Positions 39,928-53,188 of a stretch of DNA of 64,000 nucleotides are shown here, piece by piece. A program made the translations under genes and the position numbers. Position 1 is the first letter of the stretch; every line of letters starts with the position of its first letter. A model generated the notes under the pieces. The model was given only the letters and a program-made list of their open reading frames with translations. It did not search any database and was not told the DNA's origin. The DNA comes from Amoebidium appalachense (taxonomy: Eukaryota > Protista > Ichthyosporea). Location: the NCBI GenBank assembly GCA_963693365.1, contig CAVNZM010000013.1:1699817-1763816 (forward strand), read 5' to 3'.

Positions 39928-41133
39928 TTCCACACACACACGCACACGCACGAAACTAGCAACACGGACACCCCTATGCGTGCACATTCACTCCGGCGCA
40001 ACCGCAAACACCTCCAGAATTTGTGTGCCCTAGACGCCTACTGTACATCTTATTTCAACCTGTGAAAATGACCCATGCCCCCCCCCCCCTTCCCCCCCCA
40101 CCACCACCACCACCACCCAAGGTTACCCCAGAAAATCCACCCCTTTTACCGTTAAAGCATATACCTCTCTTATTGTTCTGCAATTGTTAACGTCACTGTT
40201 CACACAGCAGTACTGTAATCCAATTATTTATTCAACAAAAACGAAAAAAGAAAACAAAAGAGGAAAAAAAGGGAAAAGGAAAACAAAAAGAGCGAAGAAA
40301 AGGAGCCAGGCACGCACCTCTCAGCCAAACATCGAACGAGACGGTAACAGCCACAGCTGGAGCTTAAGGTAGAAAAAAAGCAGTCAGTAAGAACGCTTAT
40401 GTCATTTTCCTTGCCGTCGTTTCTTCCCGGATTTTCAATATGGAAATTAAGTAATTTCCAAAGGAAAAAAATGGAAAGAGATGGTACCATATAAGGCAAA
40501 AATTAGAGTCGACCTCACGTGGTCGGAGCCATGTTGGGAATAACCCGCTTGCATTAGACCTTTTCATTCTCCGTTCTCCCCTCTTCCACAGGACTAGATA
40601 GCTCCGGGACGAAAAAACTTGTCATGCAAACACACGTTTGATGTAGGACCCCCCCCCCCCCCCCCCCCCCGAAAAACACACCCGCACACACCAACACAAA
40701 AACACACACACCGTAAGACACACACAAACAGCCCCCCCCCCTCCCCCCCCCCTCCCCCCCCCCCCAAACCCCACAAAAAAATAAAATTAAAAAAATAACA
40801 CACACACTATTACATCCCCCCCCACCTTCTCCACCCCCCCCCTCCCCCCACCTTCTGCCCCCCTACCCCAAAACACACACACACACACACACACTATGAC
40901 ATCCCTCCCCCCATCCTCCCCCCTCCCCACCACCCACACACACACAAGAGCGTTCCTCCCCCTCCCCCTCCCCCGCACACTCCTCCCCCCTCCCCCCCGC
41001 CATTCCTCCCACGCCACCCACCCCCTCCCCCATACACACACATACACCCACACGCACATGTCCAACCCTGTACACTCGTAGTGCCTGAAGCAGGAGGTGT
41101 GGTTGTGTTGTCTGCACGGGTTGCCTGGTTCTT

Positions 41134-41189
<56 letters not shown>

Positions 41190-41228
41190 ATACACACGTA
41201 TAATGAGCCCAACACTGCACACACGCAC

Positions 41229-42343
41229 CTGGAGCATGGGGTGTAGTCGTATTGTCTGCAGGGGGTGCCTGGTTCTGTGTCGTCAGGAGAGTCTTGGTCC
41301 TGACTAGCTTCTCGGCTACAAGGAGGACGTACTGTCGCTGCACAGAGACAAAAACGGTCAGCACGCGTTCGCACACACACACAGACGCGCACACACAAAC
41401 ACACACAACCGCGCGCATGCATGTACGCACACACACACACGCACACACACACAGACACACACACACGCACGGACACACACACACACGACAGACACACACG
41501 CACGCACACACGCACGCACGCACGCACGCAGGCACGCACGCACATACGCGCACGCACACACACACGAACTCGCGCGCGCGCGCACACACACACACACGCA
41601 CTCACACATATGCGCGCGCGCGCGCACACACAGAGCGAGAGAAACCTGAAACAACAATTATATCGCCGTGTTGTGCACGTGTCATGTTGCCTTTTTTTGT
41701 CACGTGACAACATGCTACATGCCGACTTGTGCTCCCCCCCCCCCCCCCCCCCCCCCCCCACCCCCCCCCCCAAAAAAAAGAAAGAAAAGAAAACTCCTCC
41801 CCCCCCTCCCACCCCGCTTATGATGCATATCATCATAAAGCTTTGTGAATGCTTTTTTGAAATTGCAAATTTGAGCCTGCTTGAAACTTGGATTGTAACG
41901 CCCGTCATTATTTATGTGTACTTCTCACTCCTCTCAGGCATTCTAACCCCCCCCCAAACCCCCCTCAACCCTCCCCCCGTCTTCGTCCACACCCTCCCCC
42001 CCCCCCACCCCCCCACACACACACACCTCCCCCTTGCTCGCCCTCCTCCCCAGCCCCCCCGGTTCCACATGCACACACACATACCCCTCCCCTGCCCCCC
42101 CCCCCTCCCCGCCTCCCCCCCCCCCCCCCCCCTCCCCTCCCCCAGCATTCGTCCTCCCCCCCTCCCCCCCCCCCCCTCCTCTCCCTGGTTCCACATGCAC
42201 ACACACACACACACACACACATAGGAATCAGTCACATCATAGGCATGTGACTCCATGTGACGGGCTGCCTCGACAAGTTTGAACTCGGTGGCCCCCTCCG
42301 TGCCCTTGAGGTGCAGAGTGAGCTGTTCGGCACTGTTTGGGGA

Positions 42344-42420
<77 letters not shown>

Positions 42421-42552
42421 GTGTGTGGGGTGGGGCTCGTTGAGGGGGGTGGGGGGTGTGTTGTGTGTGTGTGTGTGCATGTGGTGGTGTGCGTGTGTGC
42501 CCGTTCTTCCGAACGTGTGTGTGCTGTTGTGTGTGCGTGTGTGTTAAATTTT

Positions 42553-42631
<79 letters not shown>

Positions 42632-43233
42632 CCAGGGGGGGGGGGGGGGGGGGGGTGTTCAGTGTGTGTAGTGGATCAAATCGTCACACCATGAAAATTG
42701 TATCATTATAATGGTGACAAAGCACTTAAAGGTAACTGCAAAAGTTTCCCATGACTCTATATGCAGTCATGATTTCCAGATGCCGCAAGGTGAAGGGGTC
42801 AGGATGGGGGTGGGGTTGGGGTGGGTGGGTGAGTAGGTGGGTGGGGGGGAGGGGGGAAAGGGGGGGAAGGGGGGGGGGGTGTGGGGGGGGAGGGGGGAAG
42901 GGGGGGGGTGTAGGGGGGTGGGGGGGTGTGGGGAAGGGGGGAAGGGAAGGGGGAAGCCGGGGGGAGGGGGGGGGGGGGGGGGGGGAAGAGAGAGAGGGGG
43001 GAGACTTCAGGAGGGGAGAGGAGGGGGGAAGGGGGAGGTATCCATACAGCTTTCTGGTCAGAATGTCCCTGCCAGTCTGTCTGAATCTGTCCCTCTATGT
43101 GCCGGGTGGGTATGTCTTGGGCTGCTGCTCACCCTGCAAAAAAGAAAAACAAAGTTAGATTAGTTAGGTTTGAACCCATTATGCAAGAGCAAAACACGAT
43201 GGAAAAAAAGGAAAGGGGAGGAGGGGAAGGTGG

Positions 43234-43271
<38 letters not shown>

Positions 43272-44960
43272 CGGAGGGATTTTTTTTTTTTTTTTTTTGA
43301 GGGGGGGGGGAGGGAGATGGAGGGGGAGAAGCAAATAAAAAACCAGCCAAACACCTGTGATGGTCAGTGTTTTTTTATTTTTAAGCACCGATTGTGCCCT
43401 AGCTAGCGGCAATAGGTTGCTAAAGGTGCATACAGCTAACGTAAAGCTATCCAGGGCCAATCCTAATCATAATTGGGCCGACATGCTTAGCACAAGGTTT
43501 TTGCGCCAAAAGCACACATCATATTCGATTATCACTGAATTCTACATCTGATTCATGCAGCATGCATGCATGACATGTGTATCGATCGCATGCTTACCTT
43601 CTCGAGATCGTTCTCAGCCATTGGTGGCACTGCCAAGCCTTTCAGAAGCGCTGTGAATGGGGGGGAAGAATGGGACGGGAGGGATGGCGGTCAGCAGCTA
43701 TGCTACGTATACAGTAGTCGAACGCAGAACACACATGCACATGCACACCTGAATTATTTGCATTTACTGCCAGAGTCACAGTAAGTTATTGATAAGCTGT
43801 TACTGTAGTATTCCAGATCAGTCTCATAAAGGCAAACATATCCAGAACATCACACCACGAACACCCACATATCTATGTAATTCTATACAACTAGGGTCCT
43901 TTCTTTGTCAATCCCACTTGGAGTAAAGTTTACAATTCTCACCCACAGTGACACCGAGTCACACCCTCGAACTCTCAAGGACTATGTATATTGAATGATA
44001 CACAACGATCTCTTTAATGTGAAGAAAAGCATGATTTCCCCCCACAAAGTTTGCAATAAAATTACATAAATTTAAAAACTTTTATAGTATAACATTCGTG
44101 ATCACCCTATCACCATGTGTATATCCGCAAAAACCCTGCCATGAACATCAAGGGATATCCAATGATACATATCAAAACCGTCACGTGATGCATTCCGCCA
44201 CCAAGTATCATAATGAATGACATTCGCCAATCACCGCATCAGGGGGAAAACCCCCTACACACACCTTTCAGCCGAAGCTCGAACGGGGAAGGGGCAGCTG
44301 CAGCAGCGCCTGCTGGGGATGCACCTGTTCGGAAAAAAAGCCAGTCGTCGTGTTATATCATCAATTAATAATATTTAAAGACGACGGGCTCCAGGCCAGC
44401 AAGATTCCTTCTTTACTCCTCCACACCCGCGCTCATAATTGACAACCCAAGCCTTCGAACGTGCACACACCCAAGCACACATGCAGCCTGTGGACACATT
44501 CGCACGCGCGCGCACACACACAGGCACAGGCACAGGAGCACAGGCACAAACACAGGCACAGGTGCGCCATCGATACACACACACGTGCACATACAAGTCC
44601 ACAAATCTAAAACCTTCAGTGCATAGAGTCACAACCACGTGACGTCACCGACTCACAAGCACACTGGCACATACACCAAAGGTCTCACACCTCAACAAAG
44701 TAATTCCGGGAAGGGGTGGGGGTAGGTGTTGGGGGTGCACGTGGGTGGTGGTGGTGGTGGTGGCCGTGGTGGTGGTAGGCCGGAGGGAGCGGGCGGGGGG
44801 GGGGGGGGGGGAGGGGGGGGAGGGGGGGGGAGGGGGGAGGGGGGGGAAGGGGGGGAGGGGGGGGGGGGGGGAGAGGGCAAACAACTACCGCTGGAGTTGT
44901 TGTCTTTCTCCTCGGCTGGCTCTTTCTTGGCCTTCTTGGTAGGAGGCTCCGAGAAACTAC
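41229..44960 (-). CDS. N-terminal NLS/linker exons plus KIX module 1 (in-frame TAG at the conserved Trp); start codon unresolved
   Basis: Phase-consistent exons 44960-44889 (EPPTKKAKKE, NLS-like), 44324-44265, 43650-43598, 43133-43048, 42332-42221, 41337-41229. The last three are paralogous to module 2 with identical intron positions (PKTYPPGT*RD, KLVEAARHMESHAYDV, QYVLLVAEKL). Confidence 0.68.
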
Positions 44961-46612
44961 CTGCTGGAAAATTATTGTTACCATATGCATTACAATCATA
45001 TTTCATGGAACCATACACGGATTCCAAGCAGTGCACCATTTCCATCTCAGCCATGCATCCATCATCATGTCACGCATATGTATACCAGAAAAAAATAAAA
45101 TTAAAATGTGACCATTTATGAAGACAACATCCAAAAGTGTTTGTATGAATGAGCCACAGTCATGCATCAGAATCGTTGACAATGACGATCCCTGATTCTG
45201 GTATCATGCTAAGGCCATCATCAGGCACTCATTTCCATGTCAGGGCCACCATGCCATCAACCGTAGATATACAGGAAAAGATAAAATAATCTATAAAGGC
45301 AACCAAACGTGCCTGTATGAATCAGTCATGATCATATATATATGGAAACTGTGAATTATCGCTGGATCCATGACTTTCCAGATTGCTGGATCCGTGCACA
45401 TGACTGGAGTATGTAGCTACATGTTAGAACATCATCACGCTCGCCAACACACTAAAGGAACTGAGGCGGAAACGACAGCTGTGTGGCTGGCCGAGGAGAA
45501 AAATTAGTTTTTCTTCATAGTCACTGTGTTTAAATCTAATTTATGGGCCGATGATCTCTGACCAGACGGGAAAATGCAAGCGCTTCTGTCGAGCTGATTT
45601 CAGAAGCGTCCTGGTTGTAAAAGTAACATGACCCATAGAGTCCGCTGGTAAAAGCTACTCATCCAAAAAGTTCGGAACAATTACGGTTCAGAAACCAATG
45701 GAGCACGATAAACCTGAGTGATGCAAGGTCAAACCACCACAAGGCTTCACATTTCTCCTCACATCTCCAAACCCGAACAATCTTCGAGAACACAATTTTC
45801 AACAAACATCCATCACATCAGATGTGTGTGGCTGGTGCAACCTAGTGGCATAGTCACTTACAGTCAGCCATAATTACAGCGCCGTTGTTTCCTGAGGAAC
45901 ATTAACCATAGCTCACCCTCCTTTCAGAGATGCAACCCCAAAGACAAAACGAAACACGAAGACTTTTCAAAGTTCAACTTCTGCGAGTCGCTCGACTCAG
46001 CACTCACAACAGTGCGGCAAATGCAGTCCCTCCATGCGTTTTTTTGTTGGTTCTCTTAGAAGGTGCATACGTCACAAATTGAATGTAGGCTACGCTGCAC
46101 TCTCACTGTCTCAAATCAATGCCTATATAAAAAAGGGGGGACATTCTATTATTTCCTTGAATAAAGTTTGAGTTATTTGCTTCATGTCTTTGAAAATCAT
46201 CAGGAAGAGTGCACATCATCCACAAAACTCTGAAAGCTCTGTGACAACCTCTGTCCCGGCCTGTCATCAATTCTGACTATTCTGCATAAACATTGGTACA
46301 TTATCACGCGTTTGTATCACCGCTTTTGCTTCAATGATGTCATCACGACTTTCTGTCCAGGCATGCGCATGCTTGGCTGTGAAACTTTGGAAGTTTTTCT
46401 GAGAGGGGCTTTAGAGAACGGATTCTTGTCTCTAACCAGTTTTGTATACTTTAGTGCAAACTAGTATAGGTGTACAATTGCTACCTGCTAGAACTACACC
46501 AGTAAGGCAAGACACGGGGTTGTGGTCTCTTGCTTTCTCCACATTCTCGTGTTTTTAAGCGCTTCTCTCACAACCTACCTACATATCACTGTTCACGTTT
46601 GTAAACGGCAAC

Positions 46613-46691
46613 ATGACGGGTGTACCTGCACTTCTTCAGGCCGGCCGGAGGCTGCTTGCAAATCCCCACTGGTCAAGGGCATTGGTGAGCG

Positions 46692-46725
<34 letters not shown>

Positions 46726-47426
46726 CCCCTCCCTCCCCCCAGGTCGAAACTCGGGTACTGTGGATGACGTGGGACCCCCCATGAGGATGGGCTCTGCTTA
46801 TTATGCATGCTCTTTGTGTATGGCTTGCATTCTGCATCGTGTTATCCGTTTGTTCTTGTGTATATCGTACTTTTTGACGCATTCAACCCCCCTCCCCCCC
46901 CCCCCCCTCCCCTTCCCCTCTCCCCCTCCCCCCTCCCGTCCTCTCTCCCTGATCTAACGGAGGGTTAGTAGCAGTAGGTTTATACTGAGTGTTTGTGTGA
47001 GGTGGCTGTGGTATGCATGTGTTGTGTGCGTCTGCGTGTGTGCTGGTGGGGGGAAGGATGGAGGGGGAGGGGAAGGGGGGACGTGAGTGTGTGTTCATTG
47101 TGGTTGTGGTGCGTGTGCCGCGCGCGTGCGTGTGTGTGGTGTTGGTGGTGGTGGTGGTGATGGTGGTGTTGTATGTGTGCGTGTGTGTGTTGGGGGTGGG
47201 GGGGTGGTAGGGGGGGGGGAGGGTGGGGAGAATAAATGCACGGTGTGTTTCTCTCATCGAGTTTCCTTTGGGAGTGGCGACTTGGTTTTGTGTTAACCCA
47301 TGGGGTGAGAGAGATGGCTGTGGGAACCATTCTTGTTGTATAGGGTGAGAGAGATGGCAGTGGGACCCATTCTTGTTTTTCTTCTTGTTTCTTTTCTTTT
47401 CTTTTCTTTTCCTTTCCTTTTTTCAT

Positions 47427-47457
<31 letters not shown>

Positions 47458-48116
47458 GGGGGGAGGGACGTGCCATGCTGAAGTGTATGCCCTATTCAGC
47501 ACACGCTTTTTATTCGCCCTTTCTTACACGTCTTTGTGCCTCCTTACCCCCCTCCCCCCCCCCCCCCCCCCCCCCCGTCCCTCTACCTTGCCCCTCACAC
47601 CCCTCCCTTACCCTCGACTCCCCTGACTTGTCCCCCCCCCCCCTTGGCGCATGAACATTGATGTGTAAAGTAGAATGTGTACACTCATTTTACTTCCTAG
47701 TTCTTTGAGGGCTCGCCAGTTACTAAGGGCAAATGTTCTGACGTTCTGTTTTTTTTTTTTTTTTTTTTTTTTTTTTCTCCTCCAGGCCGTGGGGATGGGC
47801 AGGAAAGCAATGAGCACCGTTGGACAGCAACACTTTAAACCCGAAACAAGGGTACGGTAGTTGTTGAACTTTTTTTTTTTTCCCTTTTTTTTTCCCCCCT
47901 TTTTCTCTTTCTCCCCCCCCCCCCCCCCCCCCCTCCTTTTTTTCTTTTTTTTTCTCCCCCTTTTTTCTTCCCCCCCCCCCCCTCCCCCCCCCCCCCCCCC
48001 CCCACCACCACCACCACCACGTGTGGCCCCCTCTCTCCACCTCCCAAATTGTTTTCCTGTTTTTTGTGTGTGTACGGCGTGCTCAATGCTTCTCAGCCTG
48101 CAATACATGCATCCCG

Positions 48117-48164
<48 letters not shown>

Positions 48165-48449
48165 GGCGCACTACATTACGCCCTTATCTATCCACATCCA
48201 CCCACACCCAACTCTGTTCATCTATTTGTACAATTACGAGCGAGATATCTCATGAAGGCTTCTTGCTTCAAAACAAGGACTATGTATCTTTGCTTCCAGT
48301 CTCCCGCCTTCTCTTGTATACAGCAACCCCCCCCCCCCCCCCCCTCCCCCCCCCCTTCCTCCTCCTCCCCCCCCGTCGCGCCCTCTGCCATCATTTTCCA
48401 TCGGTACGTGTGCAAAAACATGCACAAACTCCACCCCCCCCCCCCCCCC

Positions 48450-48480
<31 letters not shown>

Positions 48481-48657
48481 TTCCTCCCCCCCTCCCCCCC
48501 CCCCCCCCCCCCCCCCCCGGCACCCGCACACACATATACACACGTACAGATACGCAAGCACGCACACACGCTTGTACAGACACACACACGCACGCACACA
48601 CACACATATGCACGCGCGCACGCGCCCGCTCGCACACACGCACACACACGCACACAT

Positions 48658-48721
<64 letters not shown>

Positions 48722-48839
48722 TCTCCCCCCACCCCCACCCCTCTCCCTCCACCTCCCCCCCCCCCCCCCCCTCCCCCCCCCCCCCCCCCACACACACACC
48801 CCACGCCACACACACCCCTTTCAGGCTCCCCCCCCCCCC

Positions 48840-48870
<31 letters not shown>

Positions 48871-49620
48871 AGACAACCCCCTCCCCCCCCCCTCCTCCTC
48901 CCCCCTTCCTCCCAACGCACACACACGTAAGCACCCCCTCCTCTTCCCACACACACATACTACCCCCCCCCCCCCCCCCCCCCACCCTCCACTCCCCCCC
49001 CCCCCCCCCCCCCACCCTCCCGCCCATCCCCCGAACACACACACACACATATTCTTCTCCCCTCCCCCTCCCCCCCCCTCCCCCCCCTCCCCTCCCCCCC
49101 CCCCCTTTTTCCTCCTCCCTTCCCGCCCCTTCCCCCCCCCCCCCCCCCCCCCAAACACACACACACATACAGGTAACCACCCTCCCCAGCGGTCTTCGTG
49201 TGGCCACTGAGAACACAGGCCATGCCACGTGCACTGTGGGGCTGTGGATTGATGCGGGCAGTAGGTTCGAGACGGACGAGACTAACGGTGTTGCTCACTT
49301 CTTGGAGCATATGGCTTTCAAGGTGCATTGACCCCCTCTCCCTCCCTCCTCCCTCCCCTCCCCCCCCCCCCCCCCCTTTCCCCCCTTAAAAAAATCCTTT
49401 TTCAAAGAACAAAAAATTAAAAATGAAAGAAAGAAGAAGAAAAAGAAAAAGAGAATAAAAGAGGAAATACGTATAAGGTAATTCTGTGCGGGTGCTTTTT
49501 CTTGCAGAATCTGTATAGTGATGACACGCACCCACGCGCGCCGACACACATGCACATGCACACGCACACGCACACACACACGCACACGCACACACAGGCG
49601 CACACGCATGCGCGCGCGCG

Positions 49621-49670
<50 letters not shown>

Positions 49671-50401
49671 ATTGTGAGTGATTATGTGTGTGTGCGTGTG
49701 CGCATGTGCGCATGTGCTAGTACGTGTGTGTGTGCTCGCACGCGTGTGTGTGTGCGTGTGTGTGTGTGTGTGTGTGCATGTGCGCGCACACGTGTGTATG
49801 TACATACATTTACGCATAGTCTATTTATGGCAGAGATGGGGATGGGGCCAGGGGGGGGAGGAAGGGGGGGGGGGGGGGGGGTCATGTCGTTTCTTGTGTG
49901 TGGGAATGGCTGGCAGGGCCTTCCTCAGGAAGGGGGGGGGGGGGGGGGGAGGAGGGGGGTGGAGGGGGCGGCGGAAGGAGAGCAAGAAAGAGCAAGGGGC
50001 ACGGGGGCGGTTGGGGGGGGGAGGGGGGGGGGGGGGGGCGGGGGGATCGGTATGGAAGGTCGGGTGTTGCCCCTTTCTGATCGACGGCATGTTTTGGTGT
50101 TGCCCCTTTCTGATTGACGGCATGTTTTCCTGGTTAGCGCTATATGGATCATCCCATGCTTGTCTTTAAAGCTTCCAGATCGGATTTATACATTACCACA
50201 TATGGTGCTGTTGTTTCCATTTTTGGCGCTAATCCTTCCATAATAGGGAACAACTTCACGCACGCGTGAGGAGTTGGAGCTTGAGGTCGAGGACATGGGG
50301 GGCCACCTGAATGCTTTTACCTCGCGTGAGATGACGGCTTACTATGCAAAGGTCGTCGGTGAGGTAAGGGGGGTCCTTTTGTTGGGTGTGGGGGGGTCCT
50401 T

Positions 50402-50436
<35 letters not shown>

Positions 50437-51028
50437 GTTTCCTATGTTTCTACGGGGGATAGCAGTTCTAAGGGACAGGCCATGCATACAGAAATACCTC
50501 CTCATCGTGTAATCATTCTAAGAATATCCTATTCTCCCAATTATCTCTTCTCCCAATCTCCCGATCTTCTTCACTTCGAACTTCCTCCCCTAGAATTCTA
50601 TTCCCTTCTTAACTCGTACTCTCCCAATCGCGTTCTATCCTAATTGCCTAATCTCCTTCTAACTTTCTAATCTTGCAATCTCCTAATCTCCTACTATCCT
50701 TCCTTCTAACTTCTTAATCTGCTAATCTCCTCATCTCCCTCCAACTTCCTAAATTCCTAAACTCCTAATCTTCGAAGCTCCCGATCTCCCTCTAATCCAA
50801 TCTAATCAGGACACGGAGAGGGGCATCAACATTCTAGCCGACATTCTCCAAAACAGCACCTTCCCCGACGTGTTGCTCGAAAACGAACGAAACGTCATTA
50901 TGAGAGAGCTGCAGGTAAGGGGTTTCGTTGTGTTTGGACCCCTGCCGGTATTTGTGTGTGCCTGCACAGCGTACATATGTGTGTGTGTGTGTGTGTGTGT
51001 GTGTCACAGTGTGTGTGTGTGTGTCTGT

Positions 51029-51068
<40 letters not shown>

Positions 51069-51108
51069 CTGTGTGTGCGTGTGTATTAGTGTGTGTATGT
51101 GGGTGTAT

Positions 51109-51139
<31 letters not shown>

Positions 51140-51289
51140 TTGTGTTTGTCTGCTTGCACGTGTGTGCGAGCACACATCCCGCGCGAGTGTGTGTGAGTCT
51201 GTGTGTTGGTGTGTGTGTGTGTGTGTGTGTTTTTGAGAGGGGTGGGGGGGAGGGGGGGAATGCGGAATGTGTGTGGCCTTGGGGGAGAT

Positions 51290-51334
<45 letters not shown>

Positions 51335-51426
51335 ATAATACGAGTAACCCACCGAGGATGTGGTGCCGGATTAGTGTGTGTGTGTGTGTGTGGTGTTGGT
51401 AGTGATATGGTGATGGTGGTTTTTTT

Positions 51427-51461
<35 letters not shown>

Positions 51462-52006
51462 TGGAGTGGAAATTTGATGCTAAACCATTTATGAAGTTTT
51501 ACATGAAGTAAAGACGGAGGTGAACGAGGTTGTCTACGACAAAGTGCTTGTTAGTGTCCGTCCCGACATTGCTCCTGTTTATCTTTTTTTTAAAGAAAAT
51601 ATGTTTGTTACTGAAAACCAAGAGCCAGTGTGTGTCTGTAAACCTTGTATAGCTAGGCCTTCCTGCGTTTAACCTTTAAAAAATTTAAATTACAATTGTT
51701 TAAAATCACAGGAAGTTGAGACTCAGATGAAGGACAGCTAATGTGTCTCTGTAAACATGCTATGCCTAGGCCTTTTTACACGTTTAACATCCTCAAATAT
51801 ATTTGACCATTAAATTTTAATCGTTTAAAATCACAGGAAGTTGAGACGCAGATGAACGAGGTTGTCTACGACTGCCTGCATGCCATTGCCTTTGAAGGCA
51901 ACGAGCTGGCACGTACCATCCTCGGCCCCCCAAAAAACATCATGTACGTGCAGCACACACACACAGACACACACACACACACACACATGCGCGCGCACAC
52001 ATGCAC

Positions 52007-52065
<59 letters not shown>

Positions 52066-52309
52066 GCGCACATGTTCACCCCCCTCCCCCCTCCGTCCCT
52101 CCCTCCCCCCCCCCTTCGTTCCGCATATGTAGCATACTACCCCCGCTGGCTGGTGTTGCATACGTGAATGGGTGCCTTTGCACGTGTTTCTCATCTTGTA
52201 ACCTTCATTCCCTGTTCCGCTTTGCACCCCCCCCCCCCCCCCCCCCCCTCACCACCACCAACAACAACAAACACGTTGCATTCTAACCTCCCCCTCCCCC
52301 CCCCCCCAA

Positions 52310-52358
<49 letters not shown>

Positions 52359-52465
52359 GGAAAAGAAAAAAAGAAAAAAAGAAAGAAAAAAATATTGCAG
52401 ATTCTTAACGCTATGACTGTGTACTTCGCAACTTCTTACTTCATACTGATTCTAACCTCCCCCCT

Positions 52466-52497
<32 letters not shown>

Positions 52498-52729
52498 AGG
52501 AAGATCACCAAGACGATGATCAAGGACTACATCACAACCAACTACACTGCCCCTCGTATAGTCGTGGCTGCTGCTGGCGGTGTAGACCATGATAAGCTGG
52601 TACGTGACTTGATTCCTTCATAATTCCCTCCCTCCCTCACCTCTCCATCACATGCATCCACGCGCACACACGTGCATGGGCGCGCACGTCCCCTCGCGAC
52701 CCCCACGCGCACACGTGCACGCACGCGCC

Positions 52730-52806
<77 letters not shown>

Positions 52807-52922
52807 GCGAGCTGCCCACACCCCCCCCCCCCACATGCTCGCCCGTGTGCGCATGCAAGCATACGTGCGCAAGCACCTACAACACACACGCATACACACG
52901 AACACAGGCGTGCGTGCGCGCG

Positions 52923-52965
<43 letters not shown>

Positions 52966-53157
52966 ACACACACACACATGCACACACGTTGGGTGGTTGT
53001 TTACGTGTTTGTGTGTTTGTTGTTTGTTGGTGTTTATGTTGGGCTCTGTTCACGTGTATGGTGGTTTCATTATGGCTTTGTATACTAATTTTATTATTCC
53101 TGACTTTGTTTATTTGTTGCTTTTATGTTTCCTGTTTTCCAACTAAAGATTCCCCCC

Positions 53158-53188
<31 letters not shown>

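Noticed and set aside
43095-43097. Genome-wide reassignment of TAG
   Set aside because: SDR paralog 1 ends in TAG at a plausible C-terminus, Trp is TGG elsewhere, and no other in-frame TAG was seen in conserved exons.
50505-50809. Interstitial telomeric repeat
   Set aside because: The units are irregular CCTAATCT-like sequences, not (CCCTAA)n or (CCTAA)n.
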